The notes under the pieces are model-generated. The model was not told where the DNA came from and made no database searches. It saw only the letters and a list, made by a program, of their open reading frames with translations. A DNA stretch of 62,486 nucleotides, filler included, from Acidimicrobiia bacterium (lineage in GTDB: Bacteria; Actinomycetota; Acidimicrobiia; Spongiisociales; JAHEDJ01): the NCBI GenBank assembly GCA_029210695.1. It is 2 parts of 2 records of this genome, joined end to end, with 100 filler letters (N's around TTAATTAATTAA, not from the genome) between each part and the next. Parts side by side here need not be neighbours in the genome. Positions count along the whole stretch, not along the records: positions 1 to 31,295 come from JARGFH010000046.1; 1 more part is not named here. One strand, 5' to 3'. Positions 1 through 7,993 of this stretch are shown piece by piece. The stretch's first letter is position 1; each line of letters starts with the position of its first letter. The translations under genes and the position numbers were made by a program.

Positions 1-76
1 ACATCCGCAACGCTTCAGCAGTAGCAACCATCCCCCAACACTACACCGGTTCGCCATTTCAGCGACAGACCACTAG
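1..76. mobile_element. Terminus of a CTAG-bounded IS/MITE at the window start
   Basis: Reverse complement of 50-76 (CTAGTGGTCTGTCGCTGAAATGGCGAA) matches the terminal inverted repeats of the element at 43552-43662 (21/27 identical to its right end). Confidence 0.6.
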
Positions 77-110
77 GACGTCACTTACCGGTCGGTAAGT
101 TCCCGATATC

Positions 111-722
111 TCAGGGGCGACGGCGCTCGGCGGCTTTCGACCAGATCGGGTCCAGGACCCAGGCGCCTCTGGGGTCGATGGGGCGACTGCCGCACTGCCG
201 TTGGACGCGGCCGGCCGCTGAAGACAAGAACCCTGGCGACCAACGGGTGAGCGTCACGGCCCCGGCGGTTCGGCGTTTGCCCGTCATCCGTTCTGCGTCC
301 TGGACCTCGGCCCAGGTCACGGCGCTGAGGTCCCGCGCGAACCACAGCGACTGCACGCCCTCGGACAGGAAGTCCACGCAGTTGGTCCTCTTGAGCAAGG
401 GCGTCGCCCAGTGCCCGGAATGGGCCGGGCGGGCCAACACCCACCAAGGGTCGTAGTGCCAGAGGCCGGACAGTGTCGCGACTCCTTCGTCGTCGACCGG
501 CCGCAGCCCTGGAATGTCGCATCTTCCTGCGATGGGAACGCGCACACCTCCCTCATCGAGGGAGGCGAGGCTGATCGTGCCGGCAATGTGGTCGGTGACC
601 ATCACGGCATGGACGGCACCGTCCGGGCCGAAGAAGGGGAAGATCGATACGCGCCGATCATGTCCGGAACGCGTCTTGGTTCCGTGCAGTCGAACGGCCC
701 GTACCGGCGGCCATCTCCTCAT
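111..722 (-). CDS. Hypothetical protein, translationally coupled to the SPFH gene
   Basis: 203-aa ORF whose ATG overlaps the SPFH stop (ATGA at 719-722). No recognisable motif. Confidence 0.55.
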   Translation of the reverse strand: MRRWPPVRAVRLHGTKTRSGHDRRVSIFPFFGPDGAVHAVMVTDHIAGTISLASLDEGGVRVPIAGRCDIPGLRPVDDEGVATLSGLWHYDPWWVLARPAHSGHWATPLLKRTNCVDFLSEGVQSLWFARDLSAVTWAEVQDAERMTGKRRTAGAVTLTRWSPGFLSSAAGRVQRQCGSRPIDPRGAWVLDPIWSKAAERRRP

Positions 723-1391
723 ACGTCGCCCGGCTCCTCGTGCGCGGCGGATTCGAAACGAAATCCGGTTGCCGCCAGCCCCATGACCCCCGTGTTGGGT
801 GACTCCGACATGCCGGTCGGGATGACGATGAGCGCTCCACGTTCCTTTATCGACTCGTACGTCATGTTCATGGCCCGCAGTTGGAGGGCTACGTGGTCGG
901 ATTCGTAAACCAGGGCCGCCTGGAGCATCTCCTCGGCAACCTTGAATTCCGACTCGGCGAGGATGATGCGAGCCTCCCGCTCGCGTTCGGCCTGGGCTTT
1001 GCGGGACATGGCGTCCTCGAGGTTGCCCGGAATGCGGACGTCACGGATCTCGACCGATTGCACGGTGATGCCCCAATCGGAGGTTTTGGCGTCAATTCGT
1101 TTCCTGGAGTTCCCGATCGATAGTTTCACGATCGGAGATCATCCTCACGAGGTCGGTCTGACCGATTACATCTCGCAATGTCGTCTGGGCCGCCCAGCTG
1201 ACCGTACCGAGGTATTCCTGGACCTCGAGGATCGCCTTCTTGGCGTCCACGACGATCCAGAACAACACTGCGTCGACGTTGACCGGCACCGTGTCTTTGG
1301 TCAGGCTCTTCTCAGCGGAGAATGGCGTCGACCGAACCCGCATGTCGACTGCATCGGCGAACTGATCGACACCCGGGATGACCCAGGCCAT
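719..1391 (-). pseudogene. SPFH/band-7 (slipin/stomatin) family gene, frameshifted and 5'-truncated
   Basis: ORF 1092-1391 (WVIPGVD..LTKDTVPVNVDAVLFW..AAQTTLRDVIG) continues in ORF 719-1129 (WGITVQSVEIRDVRIP..AMSRKAQAERERE). One extra base near 1100; no N-terminal TM segment. Confidence 0.85.
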
Positions 1392-1393
1392 CC

Positions 1394-1449
1394 CTCGTTC
1401 TCGCGCGGGATTCGCGCCATATACGGTGGGAATCCCGCGCGAAAACGAG
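1394..1449. repeat. REP-like palindromic element, copy 1
   Basis: 20-bp arms CTCGTTCTCGCGCGGGATTC / GAATCCCGCGCGAAAACGAG (1 mismatch) around a TATA-centred loop; related copy at 20263-20324. Confidence 0.8.
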
Positions 1450-1455
1450 ATCTGG

Positions 1456-2322
1456 CTATGTGCCGGACCAGGGCGGACCGCTCAGGTACTTCCATCCGGA
1501 GTCCGGAAGCAGCACGACCGCCGTGCCGCCCTCGCGGCTGAGGGTGTCGACGGCGGCGTGCAGAACGGCGCCCGAGGAGGTCCCAACGAATTGGCCCTCG
1601 ACGCGCATCGTTGTCGCCACCACGCCGGCTGCAGTCGATGAACGCACCTCGTGTCGATCCGTTACCAGCGACAAATCGGCGACCGGCGGCTGGAAGGGAT
1701 CGTCCTGCGAACGCATCCCGCTGATCGGGTCATCGACGAACGGTTCGACCGAGTGGATCCGGATCTCCGGCCAGCGGCGCACCAGACCCCGGGAGTTTCC
1801 CGTCAGTGTTCCGCCCGTTCCGTACGCGGCAAAGAAGTGGGTGGGCGGCTGCTCGATTGGCCAATCCCGGATGATTTCGAGCGACGTCCCGAGGAAGTGC
1901 GCGTAGACGTTCCACCGATTGCCGTATTGGTAGAGCATGTGCCCCTCACCTGCTTCGACCAGGGCTCTTGCGTGGGCGATCGCACCGTTGGGGCCGCCCT
2001 CGACCTCGATCAACTCTGCTCCGTAGGCCCGCAGCAACTGCTTGCGCTCCTCGGTGGCGGTGTCCGGCAAACAGATCACCATCGGATGGCCGTTGAGGAG
2101 AGCCAGGCGAGCCAGCCCGATCCCCGTGTTGCCGGAGGTCGCCTCTATCAGCGGTTCCCCGGTGGCGAGTCTCCCGTTCTCCACCGCATTCTCGAACATG
2201 AACCAGGCGGCCCGGTCCTTGATCGATCCTGTCGGGTTGAACCACTCGAGCTTGGCGAACAGCCGGGTGCCCGGCGGGGCCAGGTGTTGGAACTCGACGA
2301 GGGGAGTGTTGCCGGGCTGCAT
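1456..2322 (-). CDS. cysM: PLP-dependent cysteine synthase, actinobacterial CysM-like
   Basis: GNTPLV, AKLEWFNPTGSIKDR (PLP Lys), EATSGNTG, MLYQYGN and DSGWKYLS motifs. Confidence 0.85.
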   Translation of the reverse strand: MQPGNTPLVEFQHLAPPGTRLFAKLEWFNPTGSIKDRAAWFMFENAVENGRLATGEPLIEATSGNTGIGLARLALLNGHPMVICLPDTATEERKQLLRAYGAELIEVEGGPNGAIAHARALVEAGEGHMLYQYGNRWNVYAHFLGTSLEIIRDWPIEQPPTHFFAAYGTGGTLTGNSRGLVRRWPEIRIHSVEPFVDDPISGMRSQDDPFQPPVADLSLVTDRHEVRSSTAAGVVATTMRVEGQFVGTSSGAVLHAAVDTLSREGGTAVVLLPDSGWKYLSGPPWSGT

Positions 2323-2448
2323 CGGTGCCGGTCACCGTAGCGGAGACCAGCAGGTACGGGACCCGGGCGGATGCGACCATCGCCTCTAGCGGTGCATCTG
2401 CCGGTCTGGCAGCGTGACGGGTGACAGTCGCCAGTACCCGGAGACACC

Positions 2449-2931
2449 ATGCCCGCCCCCGTTACAACCGATTCCGTCTGGGAAGTCGTCGAGAAGTATC
2501 TCTTCGGCGTCCTCGCTTTCGTCACGCCTTCGCACGAGGCCCGTTCGGCGGGGATCGTCTACGTCGTGCACGACCGGACCTTCTACATCTCGTCCGGCTC
2601 TGAAACATGGAAGACTCGCCATATCCGAGCCAACCCCAAGGTCTCGCTGACGATCACCATTCCCAAGCGCCTGCCCTTCATCCCATTTCTGAAGATTCCG
2701 GCTGCAGTCGCGACCTGTCAGGGGACGGCGGAGATTCTCGGGGTGGATGCCGTTGATACCTCCATCATCAAACGGATCTATCGGGGTATGGAAGTGACCG
2801 AGCAACTTCGTGCCGAGACCCGGGTGATCAAGGTCACTCCCACCGGCGACTTCGTGACCTACGGGATCGGCGTACCGATGATCCGGATGCGGATTCCCGA
2901 GGAAGCACGCGGGCGCGCCCCTGTTGCATAG
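2449..2931 (+). CDS. Pyridoxamine 5'-phosphate oxidase-like (split beta-barrel, FMN/F420-binding) protein
   Basis: KTRHIRANPKVSL motif; 160 aa. Confidence 0.75.
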   Translation: MPAPVTTDSVWEVVEKYLFGVLAFVTPSHEARSAGIVYVVHDRTFYISSGSETWKTRHIRANPKVSLTITIPKRLPFIPFLKIPAAVATCQGTAEILGVDAVDTSIIKRIYRGMEVTEQLRAETRVIKVTPTGDFVTYGIGVPMIRMRIPEEARGRAPVA

Positions 2932-2942
2932 CGCCGGCAACC

Positions 2943-3977
2943 TCAGGTCGATGTGAGCCGTTCGGCCAATCTCTTGAGATCGTCGAGACGTTCGCCGACG
3001 AGTTGGTCGCCTAGGTGTTTGAGCGCTTCGACGTTCTCTTCGCTTACATCGTCCATCGCATAGCTAGCCGCGTCGGTCAGGTCGATCTGGAAGCGCCAGT
3101 ATTGGCTGCCGATGAGCGTGCTCAAGACCTCATCGTGGAGCGCCGCCTGCCCGTCTTCGGCGGCCCGGAACACATCTTCGGCGAGCTTCAACCAGCTTCG
3201 ACTGACGAATTCCTTGTAGGTCAGGCTGGTAGACCGGCCCGGGATGCCGGTGCCCAGCGAGACCACTTTGACGTCGGTATCGGCCAGACCGTTCTCGCGC
3301 GCTCTGGTGACTCCTTCGATGTAACCGACCATTGCCGGGTTCTTGGCGAACACGCCGCCGTCGACCAGCAGGCGGTTCTTCACACCGTCCCAGTCCATCT
3401 GCAGGGGCGGGAAGTAGGTAGGTGCAGCCGACGTCGCCCTAGCCACATCCCGCATGAGCGGGTCGACATCCCCATTCGGCCGGGCGTCACGTGATCGGAA
3501 TAGGACGGGGCTCTTCGTTTGGAGGTCGTAGCTGGTGATCACGACGTCTATGAGTGCTTCGGAGAGCCGCGTATCGCCGAAGTAGAGCGCGAAGGCTTGT
3601 TCGATGCCCTCCGGCGAGTACCGGGCGTTACCAACCTCCGGGTTGAAGCCGAAGATTGCCGCGTTGGAACTCGCCGACGCCCACCATTCCCGGGCGTCTG
3701 CCAGGCTACGGGGAAGTGCCGACACCGGCCTCGGGAAGATCTCATATCCATATGCTGTGTAGATGTCGCCGACGGTTCGCGCGGTGTATCGGGGTTGACC
3801 GGCCTCATCCGGCGTTGCCAGGCCCAGAGCCAGCATTCCGCCGGTCGAGGTACCGACCATCACATCGAATAGGTCCACGATCGGACGTCCGGACAGGCTC
3901 TCGAGCGCGATCAACAACCGGGTCGGGATGATGCCCCGTACGCCTCCGCCTTCGATTGTGAGCACCCGGATCGGCAT
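2943..3977 (-). CDS. Patatin-like phospholipase
   Basis: EGGGVRG, GTSTG (nucleophile), ATSAAPTYF and DGG motifs; start reassigned to MPIRVL. Confidence 0.9.
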   Translation of the reverse strand: MPIRVLTIEGGGVRGIIPTRLLIALESLSGRPIVDLFDVMVGTSTGGMLALGLATPDEAGQPRYTARTVGDIYTAYGYEIFPRPVSALPRSLADAREWWASASSNAAIFGFNPEVGNARYSPEGIEQAFALYFGDTRLSEALIDVVITSYDLQTKSPVLFRSRDARPNGDVDPLMRDVARATSAAPTYFPPLQMDWDGVKNRLLVDGGVFAKNPAMVGYIEGVTRARENGLADTDVKVVSLGTGIPGRSTSLTYKEFVSRSWLKLAEDVFRAAEDGQAALHDEVLSTLIGSQYWRFQIDLTDAASYAMDDVSEENVEALKHLGDQLVGERLDDLKRLAERLTST

Positions 3978-4159
3978 GGCTTGGTCTCCTGTCCGCGACC
4001 AGAGTAGATGCTTGCCGGCGGGGGAGGATCGCCGCGATTGCTGGACTGCTCCTGGTGGAATCGTGGGCGTGGATTCCGTCCGGGCGGCGCCGCCGAACGC
4101 ACCGGCATCTGAGCCTTCGGTTCCGGCCAAACGCGTCATCGGGCAAGACATTTAAGATC

Positions 4160-4194
4160 TTGACGGAAGAAAACCTGAGTGATATACACTTAGA
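4160..4194 (+). promoter_or_regulatory. Sigma-70-type promoter overlapped by a HAIR-like (HspR) operator
   Basis: TTGACG at 4160-4165; -10 candidates TATACA/TACACT at 4183-4190; CCTGAGT-N7-ACTTAGA at 4174-4194 versus consensus CTTGAGT-N7-ACTCAAG. Confidence 0.65.
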
Positions 4195-4251
4195 TATGAA
4201 CGGTACGACGAGGAACCCAGGTGGGGTTCCCGATAAGTAAGGAGAGAGGCT

Positions 4252-4740
4252 ATGGCACTCATTCGCTGGTCTCCTTTCGATGCCTTGACAGCACTCGAAC
4301 GAGACATGCAGCAGATAATGGATCGTTTGCCGATGTCGGCAGGATCACCGGAGCGGAACGTCGAGCTCGTCTGGCGTCCGAAGGTTGACGTGTTCCGCGA
4401 GAAGGACGCCTTGATCGTGCGTGCAGAGCTGCCGGGCGTAGATCCGGACAAGGACATCGAGGTCTCTATCGAGGATCGTGTGCTTCACGTTTCTGGTCAG
4501 CGGTCGTTCGATCGAGAGATCGATGAGGCGGACTTCTACCTGGCGGAGCGATCGTACGGCAGCTTCAGACGCGACATCATGCTGCCGGAGGGGGTCGACG
4601 CCGAGCAACTCGAAGCCCATTTCGAGAATGGGGTGCTGACGATGAAGATCCAGTTGCCGACCGAGGTTCAGCCAGGTTCCCGTCGGATACCGATCTCCGT
4701 CGGGACGACCGTCGACACTGAACTCAAGACTGAGGATTGA
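4252..4740 (+). CDS. Hsp20/alpha-crystallin small heat-shock protein
   Basis: AELPGV, ERSYGSFRR and AHFENGVL motifs; AAGGAG RBS. Confidence 0.95.
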   Translation: MALIRWSPFDALTALERDMQQIMDRLPMSAGSPERNVELVWRPKVDVFREKDALIVRAELPGVDPDKDIEVSIEDRVLHVSGQRSFDREIDEADFYLAERSYGSFRRDIMLPEGVDAEQLEAHFENGVLTMKIQLPTEVQPGSRRIPISVGTTVDTELKTED

Positions 4741-4803
4741 CCTGATTCTCACCGGGGTGGGGCGGCGCGGCGTTGCCGCTCCACCCGGATCGCAGACAAC
4801 CGA

Positions 4804-6849
4804 TCAACGCACTTGCAGAGCTTCGAGGATGGGGATCAGGATGGCGTCGATGTACACGTCCCGATCGGCCGGGTCGGTGGCAAGCATCACGAGCACTGTG
4901 AAGCCGTTGGTTTCGGTGAGCGCCACTTCCGTCGCAACACCGTCCACCTCCAATGTGTGGATCTCCCACGTAGTGGTGCCGCCGTCATACGACCTGGTCG
5001 TCATGTCTGCTTCCCCGGCGCCCAACTGCGCGGTGAGGGTGGCGAGGAGGAGCTCAGCCTGGCTGCCGGCGATCGCCTGAAAGAGGAGCGCGGTCTGGTC
5101 GAGACCGTCCAGGCCGCGCAGGTAGACGCCGGTCCCGAATTCTTCCCAGTTGTCGGGAGCCAGCGCGTCGATGGTGGCCCCGAAGGTCTCCACCGTCACC
5201 GGCTTCAATGCGATGGCCGCGAGTGGTTCCTCTCCCGTCACGAAGTCCGGCCCGGCCATCTCTTGGATGCACGATCCGTCCGGCTCCACAGAAGGGTCAT
5301 CCAGAAAGGCACGGGCGATCGAGAGGGCGCACGGATCGCTGACCGAGGTCCCATGTCCAAGGCCCGGAAAATCGAAAATGGTTGCGTTGCTCAGAGTCTC
5401 CGCGGCCAGCCGGCCCCACGCCGGAGGGGTGATGGGATCGAACTCACCGGCCAGTACCAGTGTGGGAATGTCGCTTTCGACCGGTTCGTTTTCGATCGGG
5501 TCGGCCGCACCGACACCCCAGAGTTCGCAGACTTCGAGGACAAAGGGCCCCGTGTTGACCCCTGCCTCGACGAAGCGCTTGATGTAGGGGTCGAAATCGC
5601 CCGCCAACTCGAGTTCAGCCGGGTCGGTAAACGGTACCTCCTCTCGGCATTGCACCGAGTACGTCTGGCCGGCCGACACGAAGGCGAGGTTGGCGAAGAA
5701 GTTCGAAAGGAGCAGTTCCATCGACTGGTAGTCGCCGTTCTCGACGTCATCGATGAGGCCGGGAAGGGTCGGGATCAGCCGGCTCGAATACAGCGACTGG
5801 AAGAGAAGGCCGATCAGTGTGTCGCCTTTCACGAGCGCGTCGTACTCGTCCAGCGTAAAGACGTCGAGCAGAGTCACCATGATCGGTTCGGCATCGAGGG
5901 TATCGACCAGGCTGAAGAAACGTGATTCGAGATTTGGGAAGGCGTCCGAGCATTCCGCATCGCTCGCACAGGCATCGAAGAACACACCGAATGCGCGGTC
6001 GGCGTTGATCCCCGCCTCGAGGGGCAAGCTCACCTGCAGCGGGTAGGTCGAGTCGAGGATGACGCTGCGGATTCCCTCGGGATGGTCGCGCATCGTGGTG
6101 AGAGCCAATCTCGTCCCGTAGGAGATACCGAACAGGTTCCACTCGTCGTAGCCGAGGGCGACTCGCAGGTCGGCGAGATCTGCGGCGCTGGCTGCACTGT
6201 TGTACTGGCTCAGATCTGCCCCATCGATGAGTCGCAGCCTGCACTCCTCGATGGCCGCATATTCGGCGGCGAGCGCTTCACCGGTTGTGATGTCGTCGTC
6301 GAGGAGGTCGTAGGCGAGCTCTGTCGTCTCCGTGCATTCGAGTGAAGGCTCGGAGAAACCGGTTCCGCGCTGGTCGAACATGATGAAGTCCCGGTTCTCC
6401 ACGAACGGTGCAAATGCCTGGGTGAAGGTGAACGGGATGGCTTCCAGGGCATCGCCGCCCGGGCCGCCCTCGAGGTAGACGACCGGGTCGTCAGGAGCTC
6501 CCTCGGCCCGCGTGTGGAAGATGGCCACGTGCAATTGGACGGTCTTTCCGTTGTCCGGGTTCGATCGATCCTCAGGGGCGAGCAGCCATCCACACTCGAC
6601 CTCGTAGCCGGCCGGCTCATCGAATTCACAGCGACCCTCGATGAATCGAGCGCCGGATCCGGTAACGACGGTGGGTCTGGTGACGTCGGTGGTGCCAGTC
6701 GTGGCAGGCGTTGTCTCAGGAGCCGGGCGCTCGCTGGTGGTCGTTGCGGCCCCCTCACCGGCGTCGTCGGCGATCTCGGCAAACAGCAGGCCAATACCCG
6801 TGACGAATGCGATAGCGGCGATGATGAGCAGCCAGGTGGTGCGGTCCAC
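4804..6849 (-). CDS. Exported/membrane-anchored alpha/beta hydrolase (TAP-like peptidase family)
   Basis: N-terminal TM, Thr-rich linker, GGPG, DQRGTG, GISYG nucleophile, DPITP and GHG. Confidence 0.85.
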   Translation of the reverse strand: MDRTTWLLIIAAIAFVTGIGLLFAEIADDAGEGAATTTSERPAPETTPATTGTTDVTRPTVVTGSGARFIEGRCEFDEPAGYEVECGWLLAPEDRSNPDNGKTVQLHVAIFHTRAEGAPDDPVVYLEGGPGGDALEAIPFTFTQAFAPFVENRDFIMFDQRGTGFSEPSLECTETTELAYDLLDDDITTGEALAAEYAAIEECRLRLIDGADLSQYNSAASAADLADLRVALGYDEWNLFGISYGTRLALTTMRDHPEGIRSVILDSTYPLQVSLPLEAGINADRAFGVFFDACASDAECSDAFPNLESRFFSLVDTLDAEPIMVTLLDVFTLDEYDALVKGDTLIGLLFQSLYSSRLIPTLPGLIDDVENGDYQSMELLLSNFFANLAFVSAGQTYSVQCREEVPFTDPAELELAGDFDPYIKRFVEAGVNTGPFVLEVCELWGVGAADPIENEPVESDIPTLVLAGEFDPITPPAWGRLAAETLSNATIFDFPGLGHGTSVSDPCALSIARAFLDDPSVEPDGSCIQEMAGPDFVTGEEPLAAIALKPVTVETFGATIDALAPDNWEEFGTGVYLRGLDGLDQTALLFQAIAGSQAELLLATLTAQLGAGEADMTTRSYDGGTTTWEIHTLEVDGVATEVALTETNGFTVLVMLATDPADRDVYIDAILIPILEALQVR

Positions 6850-6995
6850 AAAGACTCCAAGCGAGTGGCTGCAGAAGTGTAGGTCTGATCAGGCGCTTTC
6901 CCACCACTGCAAGACCCGCATGGCTCTCAGCGTGTTCCACCCAGTCCATCCGCGTACCTCCCGCTTGACTAGGCTCGGCGACAGAAGGAGGTCGC

Positions 6996-7619
6996 ATGCA
7001 GTTCGCCAGTTCTAGCTTCTCAGATGGTCGGGCGATTCCGGGGGAGTACGCCTTCTGCGTGCCGGACGAGGAGACGCACGCCACATTCGGAGGGAACAAG
7101 AGCCCCTCCTTCGAGTGGGAGAATCTCCCGACGGAGACTCGCTCACTCGTCCTGATCTGCCACGACCCGGATGTCCCATCACAGCCGGACGACGTGAACC
7201 AGGAAGGCAGGGAAGTCCCCTCGGATCTTCCCCGGGTCGACTTCTATCACTGGGTGCTCGTCGATCTTCCGCCGGACCTTGGATGCTTCGGAAGAGGCGC
7301 CTTCTCGAGTGAGGTCACCCCGGGCGGGAAGGGCCCGGAAGGCCCCTTCGGGACCCGCTCCGGCTTCAACAACTACACGCAGTGGTTTGACGGTGATCCC
7401 GACATGGCCGGCACTTACCACGGCTACGACGGACCCTGTCCGCCCTGGAACGATTCGGTGATGCACCACTACGTGTTCACGTTGTACGCCCTGGATGTCG
7501 CCCGTTGCCCGGTAGAGGGATTGTTCTCGGGGCCGGATGTCCTGGCAGCCATCGATGGCCACGTGCTCGACAAGTCCAGCATTACGGGGGTGTATACCCT
7601 CAATCCGCGTTTGCTCTGA
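6996..7619 (+). CDS. YbhB/YbcL (PEBP/Raf kinase inhibitor-like) protein
   Basis: DPDVP, FYHWVL, YDGPCPP and HHYVFTLYALD; GGAGG RBS. Confidence 0.92.
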   Translation: MQFASSSFSDGRAIPGEYAFCVPDEETHATFGGNKSPSFEWENLPTETRSLVLICHDPDVPSQPDDVNQEGREVPSDLPRVDFYHWVLVDLPPDLGCFGRGAFSSEVTPGGKGPEGPFGTRSGFNNYTQWFDGDPDMAGTYHGYDGPCPPWNDSVMHHYVFTLYALDVARCPVEGLFSGPDVLAAIDGHVLDKSSITGVYTLNPRLL

Positions 7620-7633
7620 CGGGCTCCTAGCCG

Positions 7634-7987
7634 GTGGAGCCTGCGCTCGACGAACTGGCGCGGTTCACGACGATCGATCTGACCACAATTGGTCGGACGA
7701 CCGGCCTGCTGAGACGCATCGAGATTTGGTGGTTTCGTGTCGACGGCCGGTTCATCATCACGGGTACGCCCGGATTCCGCGATTGGTACGCGAATGTCCT
7801 GGCGAACCCGGCAGTGGTAATCCATGTCGACGGTCGCGCCCTGCCCGCCACGGTGCGGCCGGTCCGTGATCCGGGAGTTCGCCTTCGAGTGTTCACTCAC
7901 CCGGATACGAACTGGTACACGACACAAGCCTCGCTCGACGACCTGGTGGCGACTTCCCCGATGGTCGAGGTTCGATTCGACGACTGA
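7634..7987 (+). CDS. Deazaflavin-dependent nitroreductase-family protein
   Basis: LTTIGRTTG..R.IEIW and DWYANVLANP motifs. Confidence 0.75.
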   Translation: MEPALDELARFTTIDLTTIGRTTGLLRRIEIWWFRVDGRFIITGTPGFRDWYANVLANPAVVIHVDGRALPATVRPVRDPGVRLRVFTHPDTNWYTTQASLDDLVATSPMVEVRFDD

Positions 7988-7993
7988 GGAGGC

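Noticed and set aside
1092..1129. Programmed frameshift in the SPFH gene
   Set aside because: No clear slippery heptamer, and the gene is also 5'-truncated; decay or error is simpler.
2943..3977. Patatin as a CBASS (CapV-like) effector
   Set aside because: No CD-NTase or Cap2/Cap3 genes nearby; the context is housekeeping.
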